From NCBI RefSeq assembly GCF_963921235.1, contig NC_086100.1, positions 200,634,001 through 200,698,000 of the forward strand: DNA of 64,000 bases, in the 5' to 3' direction. A program made the position numbers and the translations under genes. Shown one piece after another: positions 11,055 through 22,669 of the stretch (position 1 is the stretch's first letter; every line of letters begins with the position of its first letter). The notes under the pieces were generated by a model. That model had not been told where the DNA came from, did not search any database, and was given only the letters and a program-made list of their open reading frames with translations. The stretch comes from Mobula hypostoma. Taxonomy: Eukaryota.

Positions 11055-12818
11055 GGTCAGTTAGCAAAAGGATTCTTCATGGAGAATGGGGTGACGGTCC
11101 GGTTTGAAACTGGGCGTCTCTGCTGTCCCCAGGGGCCCCTTGCCTTCCAGTGTCCTGGTCGGCCACTGTCCAGGCTGAGCTGCCCCGAGCATGGGCGCTC
11201 TCTGGGGTGGCCCATTTCTTCACTCGGGGATAAGGTCGTTGGGGTCGTCCCCTTATTGCCATCAGCTGGCCGGATCCTGGGGCATTTGGACCATCATGGG
11301 GAAGGGGTAAGGCCAATCAGGGAATTGATCCCAATCCTGGTTTCCTGGTTCCCGCGGATGGTTACGATACCAGCCATTATCTGACCCCCGTCGGTGTCCC
11401 TCACCCCGTTGGACATATTCATACTTAACTGCAACTCCCTTTGAGGAGGTTCTGGCCTCTGCGCTGGGATCCCAGTAGTAAACTACGGCTCGTCGTATCC
11501 GATTACGGTGCAGCCATATTGTTGGTCTTAATCATCGGGGCTAACTTAAAAGACATTGGAGTAGCAGCGCATTACATTGAGGGGAAGTATTCCCGTTATT
11601 GAAGATATGGTCTCACGCATGTCTCCTAGCATGGTACAAAACGCTCCCAGTAAACCGACCTGATTCCCCACGTTTCCGGTTACATTCTAATACTTTAGTG
11701 ATGTAAACAGGCTGCTGGAGTGTTTTTTCCAAACCCTGGGTTATCTGGTTGGTCTGATCCTCATCGTGTGGCAACCCCCCTCTCAGTTCTTGGCAAGTCT
11801 GGTATCCCAGTTCTGCCTTCCATTTCCGTCCCTCATCCGCAGATAATATCATTCAACAAAGTCCGAAAAGATCCTGGGGTGGCGGTGGTTAGAATTATAT
11901 ATCTGAATTGTGCTCCGCACATATTGTACGAAAAGTGCCGGTTTCTCCTTTCTGTCAGGGCCTGATTCGTTATCATGATCATCTCTTGTGGCTTCCATGG
12001 GGCATAGCCAGGGATAACCGCCGGCTGATCTTGCTCCCCCGCCCTGGGGTAAGGCATCAGTCGGGTAGGTTGCTGTCTCTGAGGTTCGGGCGGGGGACTT
12101 TTCTTGGGGACTGAATTTATCACCTCGCAGGATGGCTGGATATAGGGGCTCTGTCCTCTCCCTTTCCCTTTGTTTCACCCGTCCTCCCACGGTGTTAGAG
12201 AACCCTGGTGAATTTTCGGGTCCCATGGCTAGTAGCAGCTCCCGATACGGTGGTGGGGGTCTTGTCACTAGCCAGTCCTCATCGCGATCACTCTCATCAA
12301 ACAGGGTCGGCAAGCCAGCCATGCTCCCGGGATCCCGTATTTCATTCCCTATTTGTCCCCCGGGTTTTATTCCTTGATCCAGGTTCTGCATTTATTACCA
12401 CTGATCTTTTTCTGGACTGTTTTTACAGCTTGTTCACAGCTTGTCACATCCCAAGTCCTTCCCCATGGCCACACTTCATCCCCCAATTTCTTACGTAAAG
12501 TACCACTTAAAACACGTAAATCTCTCTCTTTATCATGAAACAACTCGTACGTTTTACCTAGTGAAGTTCCTGTACCTTTTTATCGCACAACAGATCTTGT
12601 CCCACGTTTTTGTCTTTTTTCCCACGCTCAATTCTCCTGTTGAATCTTACCTGACTTTAATTTTTTCACCCGCTACTTGCGCACGGTATCGACTGTTCAA
12701 TTTTCCCGATTCGTTTACCCAACTTTAATTCTGAGACGACTTCAAATTTAACCTAATCTGTGCCATCCGTCCAATTTTATCCTTTTTTTTACCAGACACA
12801 GTGTGTCAGCTGTCCCAT
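11055..12818 (-). pseudogene. gag: ERV gag (degenerate; start uncertain)
   Basis: Possible MGQ start at 12818; matrix-like VWPWGRTW; late domain RPPPPY; capsid-like YAPWKPQE and KVLEC..RGES; degenerate knuckle SLDSGRPGHWKARG. Confidence 0.75.
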
Positions 12819-13023
12819 TTTTCAAATAATTATCCTTCCTTATACAAGTCTCTTGGCAGATTTGACCCGGGTCCTGTCAAGGTCCTGTGCTGAGGTCCAG
12901 GCGAGGGGCAGAGACTCACACCTGAATCGCAGGGAGCGACAACGACTTTGCGGGCCCGATCAGTCCCCGTGTTTGGTCTGTCACTGACTCAGCCCGCCTC
13001 CGTGTTACAGTCCCTATGTTGGT

Positions 13024-13042
13024 ACCCTGCTCGCAAGCGCCA
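13024..13042 (-). promoter_or_regulatory. ERV primer binding site, tRNA-Ser-like
   Basis: TGGCGCTTGCGAGCAGGGT next to the LTR resembles the complement of the vertebrate tRNA-Ser(TGA) 3' end (TGGCGCAGCGAGCAGGGT). Confidence 0.72.
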
Positions 13043-13044
13043 AA

Positions 13045-13257
13045 TATGGAAGTCGAATCCGGATAAAGTCATTCAGAGACCGTATAAATACAAACTCTTT
13101 ATTCAAAGCACTCGGGGCTTACTCAGTTAGTCGCTCAAACAGGAACAGTCTGTCTGTGACTCTTCCTGCCCGATCCACCAACTAGCTAACAATTCCCCTT
13201 ACAACGCAGATATATTTGTTCAGATACCACCCCCCCACACACTCACTCACACACAAA

Positions 13258-13318
<61 letters not shown>

Positions 13319-13336
13319 CAGGCGGGAGACAAAGTT
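13045..13336 (-). repeat. ERV 5' LTR, U3 truncated at a CR1 junction, containing a (CA)n expansion
   Basis: Homologous to 1-146; AATAAA on the minus strand at 13098-13103; (CA)n at 13236-13314. Confidence 0.88.
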
Positions 13337-13460
13337 AGAACATAAGAAATAGGAGCAGGAGTAGGCCATCCGGCCCGCCGAGCCTGCCCCGCCATTCAAT
13401 AAGATCATCAGCTCCATCTACCTGCCTTTTCTCCATAACCCTTAATTCCCTTACTATGTA

Positions 13461-16400
13461 GACCATAAGACCATAAGACAAAGGAGCAGAAGTAGGCCAT
13501 TCGGCCCATCGAGTCTGCTCCGCCATTTTATCATGAACTGATCCATTTTCTCCTATTTAGTCCCACTCCCCTGCCTTCTCACCATAACCTTTGATGCCCT
13601 GGCTATTCAGATACCTATCAATCTCTGCCTTAAATACACCCACTGACTTGGCCTCCACTGCTGCCCGTGGCAACAAATTCCATAGATTCACCACCCTCTG
13701 ACTAAAAAAAATTTCTTCGCATTTCTGTTCTGAAAGGGTACCCTTCAATCCTTAAGTCATGCCCTCTCGTACTAGACTCCCCCATCATGGGAAACTTTGC
13801 CACATCCACTCTGTCCATGCCTTTCAACATTCGAAATGTTTCTATGAGGTCTCCCCTCATTCTTCTAAACTCCAAGGAATACAGTCCAAGAGCGGACAAA
13901 CGTTCCTCATATGTTAACCCTCTCATTCCTGGAATCATTCTAGGGAATCTTCTCTGTACCCTCTCCAACGTCAGCACATCCTTTCTTAAATAAGGAGACC
14001 AAAACTGCCCACAGTACTCCAAGTGAGGTCTCACCAGTGCCTTATAGAGCCTCAACATCACATCCCTGCTCCTATACTCTATTCCTTTAGAAATGAATGC
14101 CAACATTGCATTCGCCTTCTTCACTACTGACTCAACCTGGAGGTTAACTTTAAGGGTATCCTGTACGAGGACTCCCAAGTCCCTTTGCATCTCAGAACTT
14201 TGAATTCTTTCCCCATTTAAATAATAGTCTGCCCATTTATTTTTTCTGCCAAAGTGCATAACCATACAGTTTCCAACATTGCACTTCATTTGCCACCTCT
14301 CTGCCCATTCTTCCAATCTATCCAAGTCTCTCTGCAGACTCTCCGTTTCCTCAGCACTGCCAGCCCCTCCACCTATCTTCGTATCATCAGCAAACTAAGC
14401 CACAAAGCCATCTATTCCATAATCTAAATCGTTGATGTACAATGTAAAAAGAAGCGGCCCCAACACTGATCCCTGCAGAACACCACTGCTAACCGGCAGC
14501 CAACCAGAATAGGATCCCTTTATTCCCACTCTCTGTTTCCTGCCAATCAGCCAACGCTCAATCCATGTATGTAACTATTCCGTAATTCCATGGGCTCTTA
14601 TCTTGTTAAGTAGCCTCATGTGTGGCACCTTGTCAAAGGCCTTCTGAAAATCCAAATATACAACATCCGCTGCATCTCCCTTGTCTAGCCTACTGGTAAT
14701 TTCCTCAAAAAATTGTAATAGGTTTGTCATGCAGGATTTAAATCCATGCTGAGTTCTGCCTATCTTGTCATATGCCTCCAGGTACTCTGTAACCTCATCC
14801 TTGACAATCGACTCCAACAACTTCCCAACCACGGATGTCAAGCTAACAGGTCTATAATTTCCTTTTTGCTTCCTTGCCCCCTTCTTAAATAGCCGAATGA
14901 CATTTGCAATTTTCCAGTCCTCTGGAACCATGCCAGAATCTATCGACTTTTGAAAGATCATCGCTAATGCCTCCGCAATCTCCACAGCTTCTTCCTTCAG
15001 AACACGAGGGTGCATTCCATCTGGTCCAGGAGATTTATCTACCTTTAGCCTATTCAGCTTCCTGAGTACTTTCTCTGTCGTAATTGTGATTGCGCACACT
15101 TCTCTTCCCTGCCACCCTTGAGTGTCCGGTATACTGCTGTCTTCCTCAGTGAAGACTGATGCAAAATACTTGTTCAGTTCCTCTGCCATCTCCTCATCTC
15201 CCATTACAATTTCTCCAGCGTCATTTTCTATCGGTCCTGTATTTACTCTCACCTGTCTTTTACTCTTTATATACTTGAAAAAGCTTTTAGTATCCTCTTC
15301 GATATTATTTGCTAGCTTCCTTTCATAGTTAATCTTTTCTCTCTTAATGACCTTCTTGGTTTCCTTTTGTAAGGTTTTAAAAACTTCCCAATCCTCTCTC
15401 TTCCCACTAATTTTTGCTTCCTTGTATGCCCTCTCTTTTGCTTTAACTTTGGCTTTGACTTCTCTTGTCAACCACGGTTGCATCCTTTTTCCACTCGAAA
15501 ATTTCTTCTTTTTTGGAATATACCTGTCTTGCACATTCCTCATTTCTCACATAAACTCCAGCCACTGCTGCTCTGCTGTCTTTCCCACCAGTGTCTCTTT
15601 CCAGTCAACTTTGGCCAGTTCCTCTCTCATCCCACTGAAATACCGACACATCAGATTTCGGCTTCTCTTTTTCTAATTTCACAGTGAACTCAATCATGTT
15701 ATGATCACTGCCTCCTAAGGGTTCCTTCACCTCAATCTCTCCAATCACCTCCGGTTCACTACACAATACCCAATCCAGTACAGCCGATCCCCTAGTAGGC
15801 TCAACAACAAGCTGTTCTAAAAAGCCATCTTGCAGACATTCTACAAATTCTCTCTCTTGAGATCCGGTGCTGACCTGATTTTCCCAATCTACTCGCATGT
15901 TAAAATGCCCCACAATTATCATAACACTGCCCTTCTGACAAGCCTTTTCTATTTCCAGTTGTAATTTGTAGTCCACATCCCTGCAGCTGTTTGGAGGCCT
16001 ATAAATAACTGCCATCAGGGTCCTTTTACCCCTGCTATTTCTTAGCTCAACCCATAAAGATTCTGCACCTTCCGATCCTATATCACCTCTTTCTAATGAT
16101 TTAATATCATTTCTTACCAATAAAGCCACGCCTCCCCCTCTGCCTACCTTCCTATCCTTCCGATACACCATGTATCCTTGGACGTTCAGCTCCCAGAGAC
16201 ATGCGTCCTTTAGCCAGATCTCAGTGATGGCCCCAATATCATACCTGCCAATCTGTCGCTGTACAACAAGATCATCCACCTTATTCCTTATGCTGCGTGC
16301 ATTTAAGTACAACACCTTAAGACCAGTATTTGATACTTTTTGCTTTGATTTCACTGCAACTTTATTGCACTGCAACTCATCCCAATGGCTACAAATTTGC

Positions 16401-17199
16401 CCCATCACCTGCCTGTCTTTCCTGACATCTTTACTGCTCACTATCTTAGATTTATTTCTGTTTTCCCCTTCCTCCGCTCTATCATTCCGGTTCCCACCCC
16501 CCTGCCAAATTAGTTTAAACCCTCCCTAACAGCTCTATTAAACTTTCCCGCCAGGATATTGGTCCCCTTCGGGTTCAGGTGTAACCTGTCATTTTTGAAC
16601 AGGTCATACTTCCCCCAGAAGAGATCCCAATTATCCAAGAATCTGAAGCCCTGCCCCCTACACCAGTCTCTCAGCCACAAATTCATCTGCCTGATCCGAC
16701 TACTCTTGCCCTCGCTAGCATGTGGCACAGGTAGCAATCCGGAGATTACTACCCTGGAGGTCCTGCTTCTCAGCTTCCTTCCTAACTCCTGGAAATCTCT
16801 CTTCAGGACCTCCCCCTTTGTCCTATCTATGTCATTGCTACCAACATGTACCAAGACAACTGGCTGCACACCCTCCCCCTTTAGAATATTCAGGACCCGA
16901 TCCGAGACATCCCGTACCCTGGCACCTGGGAGGCAACACACCATGCGGGTATCTCTGTCAGGCTCACAGAATCTCCTGTCTGTTCCCCTGACTATGGAAT
17001 CCCCTATGACTACCGCATTTCTCTTCTCCCTCCTTTTCTCCTGCACAACAGCGCCAGGCTCAGTGCCAGAGACCCGGTCACCGTGGGCGTCCCCCGTCAG
17101 GTCATCCCCCTCAACAGCATCCAGAACAAGATATTTGTTGCTGAGGGGGACAGCCACAGGGGTGCTCTCGGAAGATCCATCTGATCCTTGCTTCTTGTA
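13461..17199 (-). mobile_element. CR1 LINE, 5'-truncated within ORF1
   Basis: Esterase ORF1, APE (YLNARSIRNK, SDHNMI), RT (KSPGPDG, YLDFQKAFDKVPH), HLEYC; (TCTTATGG) tail. Confidence 0.95.
16510..17157 (-). CDS. CR1 ORF1 SGNH/GDSL esterase domain (open frame, N-terminally truncated)
   Basis: VVIGDSIVRG, LPGA, HVGSND and DRLHLN blocks. Confidence 0.85.
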   Translation of the reverse strand: MAVPLSNKYLVLDAVEGDDLTGDAHGDRVSGTEPGAVVQEKRREKRNAVVIGDSIVRGTDRRFCEPDRDTRMVCCLPGARVRDVSDRVLNILKGEGVQPVVLVHVGSNDIDRTKGEVLKRDFQELGRKLRSRTSRVVISGLLPVPHASEGKSSRIRQMNLWLRDWCRGQGFRFLDNWDLFWGKYDLFKNDRLHLNPKGTNILAGKFNRAVREGLN

Positions 17200-17358
17200 A
17201 TATGTAAAAACCTATCTAACTGTTTCTTAAATATATTTAGTGAGGAAGCCTCAACTGCTTCCCTGGGCAGAGAATTCCACAGATTCACCACTATCTGGGA
17301 AAAACAGTTTCTCCTCATCCCGCCACCCCCCCCCCATTCAGGAATAGCTTCATCTCCA

Positions 17359-17570
17359 AAAGTTCAAGTTCAAGTTTAATTGTCATTCAACCATACAGGG
17401 ATACCCATGAACACATCCAAATGAAACAGTATTCCTCTGCTACCAGGGTGAAAACACTACCAAAGGTCATACACAGCACAAGGCCCATATAGCACATATA
17501 AAATAGCAGCAAACATACAGTCACACAAAAAAATATAATATAGCCCAAGTCCTTGAGTGTCATGTCCTTG
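17359..17570 (-). mobile_element. 3' tail of a Rex/L2-like LINE or related SINE
   Basis: (AACTTG)n tail with ATTAAA on the minus strand. Confidence 0.5.
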
Positions 17571-18084
17571 ATGCCGCGTGGATGTCATTGGCAAGAGCAA
17601 GCCAGTGCAGTCTGCAGACAAATGCAATTTGCCATGTGAGCACTGGAGGGCAGCACCAACAGGAAGGCCAATCCCCAAGCAGCATGGACTCCAGTGGCCC
17701 ACGAAACCTGGACTGAAGGATGGATAAGCAGAGAGGAATATGGGGCCAACACAGGAGCACAGATAAGTCAGGAACCACCAGTTTCTTGCACAACCCCACC
17801 CCTACTTCAGCAATGGAGCAATATCATGGACTCCTTTCTAGCTCTATTTTTGTACTAATATTTTGTTTTTCCTGAGTATTTTCTTCACTTTCTGAAGTAA
17901 TAATATAATTATTAGAATGGATATAATCAATCAGCCATGATGAAATGGCAGAGCAGATTCGATGGGCTGAATCGCCTAATTTAACTCCTCTGTCTTATGG
18001 TTTCATAGTCTACTTTTTGTATAACTTCTGTGTTTGAATCCACGTGCCCTTCAGCCCACAATGTCTGCCAAATCAGACAATTGG

Positions 18085-21000
18085 GCCTTGTTCCAGGGAA
18101 GGTGGGACCTGTTCCGACAGGACGGGTTGCACCTGAACTGGAGGGGGACTAACATCCTTGTGAGAAGGTTTGCTAGTGCTGCTCGGGGGGGTTTAAACTA
18201 GATTTACAGGGGGAGGGAAACCAGAGTATTAGAGCAGATAGTGAGGTGGAGGAGGATAAAAGTTATGCGAGAACTGCGAGTATAGTACATGGAGTAAAGC
18301 CAAATCTAACATATAGAGAGGCCTTGAGGAAAGAGAAGCAGAATAAACGGTGTAAAGACAGTAAGTTAGAAGGGCTGAAATGTGTGTTCTTCAATGCAAC
18401 AAGCATCAGGAACAAAGGTGATGAACTGAGAGCTTGGACACATACATGTAATTATGATGTAGTGGCCATTACAGAGACTTGGCTGGCACCAGGGCAGGGA
18501 TGGATTCTCAATATCCCTGGATTTCAGTGCTTGAAAAGGGATAGAGAGGGGAGAAAAGGAGAGGTGGGGTGGCATTACGGGTCAGGGATACTATTAGAGC
18601 TACAGAAAGGGTGGGTAATGTAGCAGGATCCTCCTTTGAGTCAGTATGGGTAGAAGTCAGGAATAGGAAGGGAGCAGTTACTCTATTGGGGGTATTCTAT
18701 AGGCCCCCTGGTAGCAGCAGAGATACCGAGGAGCAGATTGGGAGGCAGATTTTGGAAAGGTACAAAAAATAACAGGGTTGTTATCATGGGTGACTTTAAC
18801 TTCCCTAATATTGATTGGCACCTGATTAGTTCCAATGGTTTAGATGGGGCAGAGTTTGTTAAGTGTGTCCAGGACGGATTCCTGTCACAGTATGTGGACA
18901 GGCCGATGAGGGGGAATGCCATACTAGATCTAGTACTCGGTAATGAACTGGGTCAGGTCACAGATCTCTCAGTGGGTGAGCATCTGGGGTACAGTGACCA
19001 CCGCTCCCTAGCCTTTAGCATTATCATGGAAAAGGATAGAATCAGAGAGGACAGGAAAATTTTTAACTGGGGAAGGGCAGATTATGAGGCTATAAGGACT
19101 TGCGGGTGTGAATTGGGATGATGCTTTTGTAGGGGAATGTATTACGGACATGTGGTCGATATTTAGGGATCTTTTGCGGGATGTTAGGGATAAATTTGTC
19201 CCAGTGAGGAAGATAAAGAATGGTAGGGTGAAGGAACAAGTAAGGTGGAGAATCTAGTCAGGTGGAAGAAGACAGCATACATGAGGTTTAAGAAGCAAGG
19301 ATCAGCTGGGTCTATTGAGGAATATAGGGTAGCAAGAAAGGAGCTTAAGAAGGGGCTGAGAAGAGCAAGAAAGGGGCATGAGAAGGCCTTGGCAAGTAGG
19401 GTAAAGGAAAGCCCCAAGGCAATCTTCAATTATGTGAAGAACAAAAGGATGACAGGAGTGAAGGTAGGACCGATTAGAGATAAAGGTGGGAAAATATGCC
19501 TGGAGGCTGTGGAAGTGAGCGAGGTCCTCAATGAATACTTCTCTTCAGTGTTCACCAATGAGAGGGAACTTAATGACGGTGAGGACAATATGAGTGAGTT
19601 GATGTTCTGGAGCATGTTGATATTAAGGGAGAGGAGGTGTTGGAGTTGTTAAAATACATTAGGACGGACAAGTCCCCAGGGCCTGACGGAATATTCCCCA
19701 GGCTGCTCCACGATGCGAGGGAAGAGATTGCTGAGCCTCTGGCTAGGATCTTTATGTCCTCATTGTCCACGGGAATGGTACCAGAGGATTGGAGGGAGGC
19801 GAACGTTGTCCCCTTGTTCAAAAAAGGTAGTAGGGATAGTCCGGGTAATTATAGCCCAGTGAGCCTTACGTCTGTGGTGGGAAACCTGTTGGAAAAGATT
19901 CTTAGAGATAGGATCTGTGGGCATTTAGAGAATCATGGTTGGATCAGGGACAGTCAGCATAGCTTTGTGAAGGGCAGATCATGTCTAACAAGCCTGATAG
20001 AGTTCTTTGAGGAGGTGACCAGGCATATTGATGAGGGTAGTGCAGTGGATATGATCTACATGGATTTTAGTAAGGCATTTGACAAGGTTCCACACGCTAG
20101 GCTTATTCAGAAAGTCAGAAGGCATGGGACCCAGGGAGGTTTGGCCAGGTGGATTCAGAATTGGCTTGCCTGCAGAAGGCAGAGGGTGGTGGTGGAGGGA
20201 GTACATTCAGATTGGAGGGTTGTGACGAGTGGTGTCCTACAAGGATCGGTTCTGGGACCTCTACTTCTCGTGATTTTTGTTAACGACCTGGATGTGGGGG
20301 TAGAAGGGTGGGTTGGCAAGTTTGCAGACGACACAAAGGTTGATGGTGTTGTAGATAGTGTAGAGGATTGTCAAAGATTGCAGAGAGACATTGATAGGAT
20401 GCAGAAGAGGGCTGAGAAGTGGCAGATGGAGTTCAACCCGGAGAAGTGTGAGGTGGTACGCTTTGGAAGGACAAACTCCAAGGCAGAGTACAAAGTAAAT
20501 GGCAGGATACTTGGTAGTGTGGAGGAGCAGAGGGATCTGGGGGTACATGTCCTCAGATCCCTGAAAGTTGCTTCACATGTGGATAGAGTAGTTAAGAAAG
20601 CTTATGGAGTGTTGGCTTTCATAAATTCAGGGATAGAGTTTAAGAGTCACGAGGTAATGATGCAGCTCTATAAAACTCTGGTTAAACCACACTTGGAGTA
20701 TTGTGTCCAGTTCCGGTCACCTCACTATAGGAAGGTTGTGGAAGCATTGGAAAGGGTACGGAGGAGATTTACCAGGATGCTGCCTGGTTTAGAGAGTATG
20801 GATTATGATCAGAGATTAAGGGAGCTAGGGCTTTACTCTTTGGAGAGAAGGGGGATGAGAGGAGACATGATAGAGGTGTACAAGATATTAAGAGGAATAG
20901 GTAGAGTCGATAGCCAGCGGCTCTTTCCCAGGGCACCACTGTTCAATAAAAGAGGACATGGTTTTAAGGTAAGGGGTGGGAAGTTCAAGGGGGATATTAG

Positions 21001-21195
21001 AGGAAGGTTTTTTTACTCAGAGAGTAAAAGTCAGTGCTGGAGGCAGATACAACAGTGAAATTTAATGGACTACTGGACAGGTATGCGGAAGAATTTAAGG
21101 TGGGGAGTTATATGGGAGGCAGGGTTTGTGGTTCGGCACAACATTGTGGTCCGAAGGGCCTGTACTATTCTGTACTATTCTATGTTCTATGTTCA
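18085..21195 (+). mobile_element. CR1 LINE (ORF1 end plus frameshifted ORF2)
   Basis: DGLHLNWRG, APE motifs, RT ORF 19637-21058 (KFADD), (TTCTATG)-like tail. Confidence 0.94.
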
Positions 21196-21505
21196 AATTA
21201 AACCCTCCATTTCATGCATAATCATGTGCCTAATAGCTTCTTGGACAGCAGTCTCATATCCTTTTTTTCTCCAACGGCGTTCAGAGAGGCGGGACTGCGC
21301 AGGCGTGTGACGTCGGGCAGTGCAGCGCAGCAGATTAAAAAGGAACAGATCCTCATACAGCGGGCAGCGGAGTTTGCGGGCTGTGGAATGAGCCGGGAGC
21401 AGAGTGAAGGCTTAAGGGCTTCGACTCAACGGGCTTAGGCGGAAACGGGCGAGTCAAGGAAGGTTTGGTATTCATTTTCTGTTGTTATTTGAGGAGAGGG
21501 GCAGT

Positions 21506-22441
21506 ATGAGTGTGAGGGCAGTTTGTTGTTCTCGGTGTCGGATGTGGGAGGCCCTGGAGTCTCCAAGCCTCCCGGATGTCTACATCTGCGCCAAGTGCAT
21601 CGAGATGCAGCTCCTAAGGGACTGCGTTAGGGAACTGGAGCTGCAGCTCGATGACCTTCGTCTGGTCAGGGAGAGTGAGGAGTTGATAGAGAGGAGTTAC
21701 AGGCAGGTGGTCACACCGGGGCCACGGGAGGCAGATAAGTGGGTCATGGTTAGGAGGGGGAAGGGAAAGAGTCAAGTAATAGAGAGCACCCCGGTGGCTG
21801 TGCCCCTTAACAATAGGTACTCCTGTTTGAGTACTGTTGGGTGGGACAGCTTACCCGGGGGAAGCGACAGTGGCCATGCCTCCGGCACAGAGTCCGGCCC
21901 TGTAGCTCAGAAGGGTAGGGAAAGGAACAGGAGGGCAGTTGTGATAGGGGACTGGATAGTAAGTGGGTCAGATAGGTGATTCTGTGGACGCAGTCCAGAG
22001 ACCTGGATGGTAGTTTGCCTCCCTGCTGCCAGGGTCCGGGATATTTCTGATCGTGTCCAAGATATCCTGAAGTGGGAGGGTGAGGAGCCAGAGGTCGTGG
22101 TACATATAGGTACCAATGACATAGGTAGGAAAAGGGAAGAGGTCCTGAAAGGAGAATATAGGGAGCTAGGAAGGGAGTTGAGAAAAAGGACCGCAAAGGT
22201 AGTAATCTCGGGATTACTGCCTGTGCCACGCGACAGTGAGAGTAGGAATGCGATGAGGTGGAGGATAAATGCGTGGCTGAGGGATTGGAGCAGGAGGCAG
22301 GAATTCAAGTTTTTGGATCATTGGGACCTCTTTTGGCGCAGGCATGACCTGTACAAAAAGGACGGGTTACACTTGAATCCTAGGGGGACCAATATCCTGG
22401 CAGGGAGATTAGCGAGGGCTACTGTGGTGACTTTAAACTAG
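21506..22441 (+). pseudogene. CR1 ORF1: zinc finger, leucine zipper and SGNH esterase (one in-frame stop at 21977-21979)
   Basis: CSRC..CAKC, LRDCVRELELQLDDL, VVIGD, HIGTND, DGLHLN. Confidence 0.9.
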
Positions 22442-22669
22442 AATGGTTGGGGGGTGGGAATCAAATTAAAGAGGCTAGGCAAGAGGAGGTTAGTTCACAA
22501 CAGGGGGATGGGAACCAGTGCAGAGAGACAGAGGGGTGTAAAGTGATGGTAGAAGCAAAAAGTAGTAAGGAGAAAAGTAAAAGTGGCAGGTCGACAAATC
22601 CAGGGCAAAAATCAAAAAGGGCCACTTTTCAACATAATTGTATAAGGGCTAAGAGAGTTGTAAAAGTGC

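Larger units (their letters stand above)
1..13336 (-). mobile_element. Class I (gamma/epsilon-like) endogenous retrovirus, PR-RT missing, interrupted by three nested insertions
   Basis: 1-146 aligns with 13113-13336 (LTR pair). On the minus strand: PBS, gag (PPPY), pol tether + RNase H + integrase, env (CWLC, immunosuppressive domain), PPT. Confidence 0.93.
13337..17320 (-). mobile_element. CR1 3' fragment (13337-13460 + 17200-17320) split by a younger CR1
   Basis: CR1 3'UTR and RVVNLWNSLP pieces join across the insert; TATGTA on both sides. Confidence 0.78.

Noticed and set aside
12820..13020. Epsilonretrovirus-like accessory ORF in the ERV leader or after env
   Set aside because: The leader is short with no convincing sense ORF, and env runs almost up to the PPT.
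16510..17157. Host or bacterial GDSL lipase gene
   Set aside because: It lies directly upstream of APE-RT and recurs in each CR1, so it is LINE ORF1.
16559..17200. Antisense ORFs over CR1 (also 22812-23588, 61897-62598, 47193-47873)
   Set aside because: Shadow frames of LINE ORFs with no independent motif.
19637..21058. Retron, DGR or group II intron reverse transcriptase
   Set aside because: It is a CR1-type RT with APE upstream and a LINE tail. There is no ncRNA or TR/VR pair.
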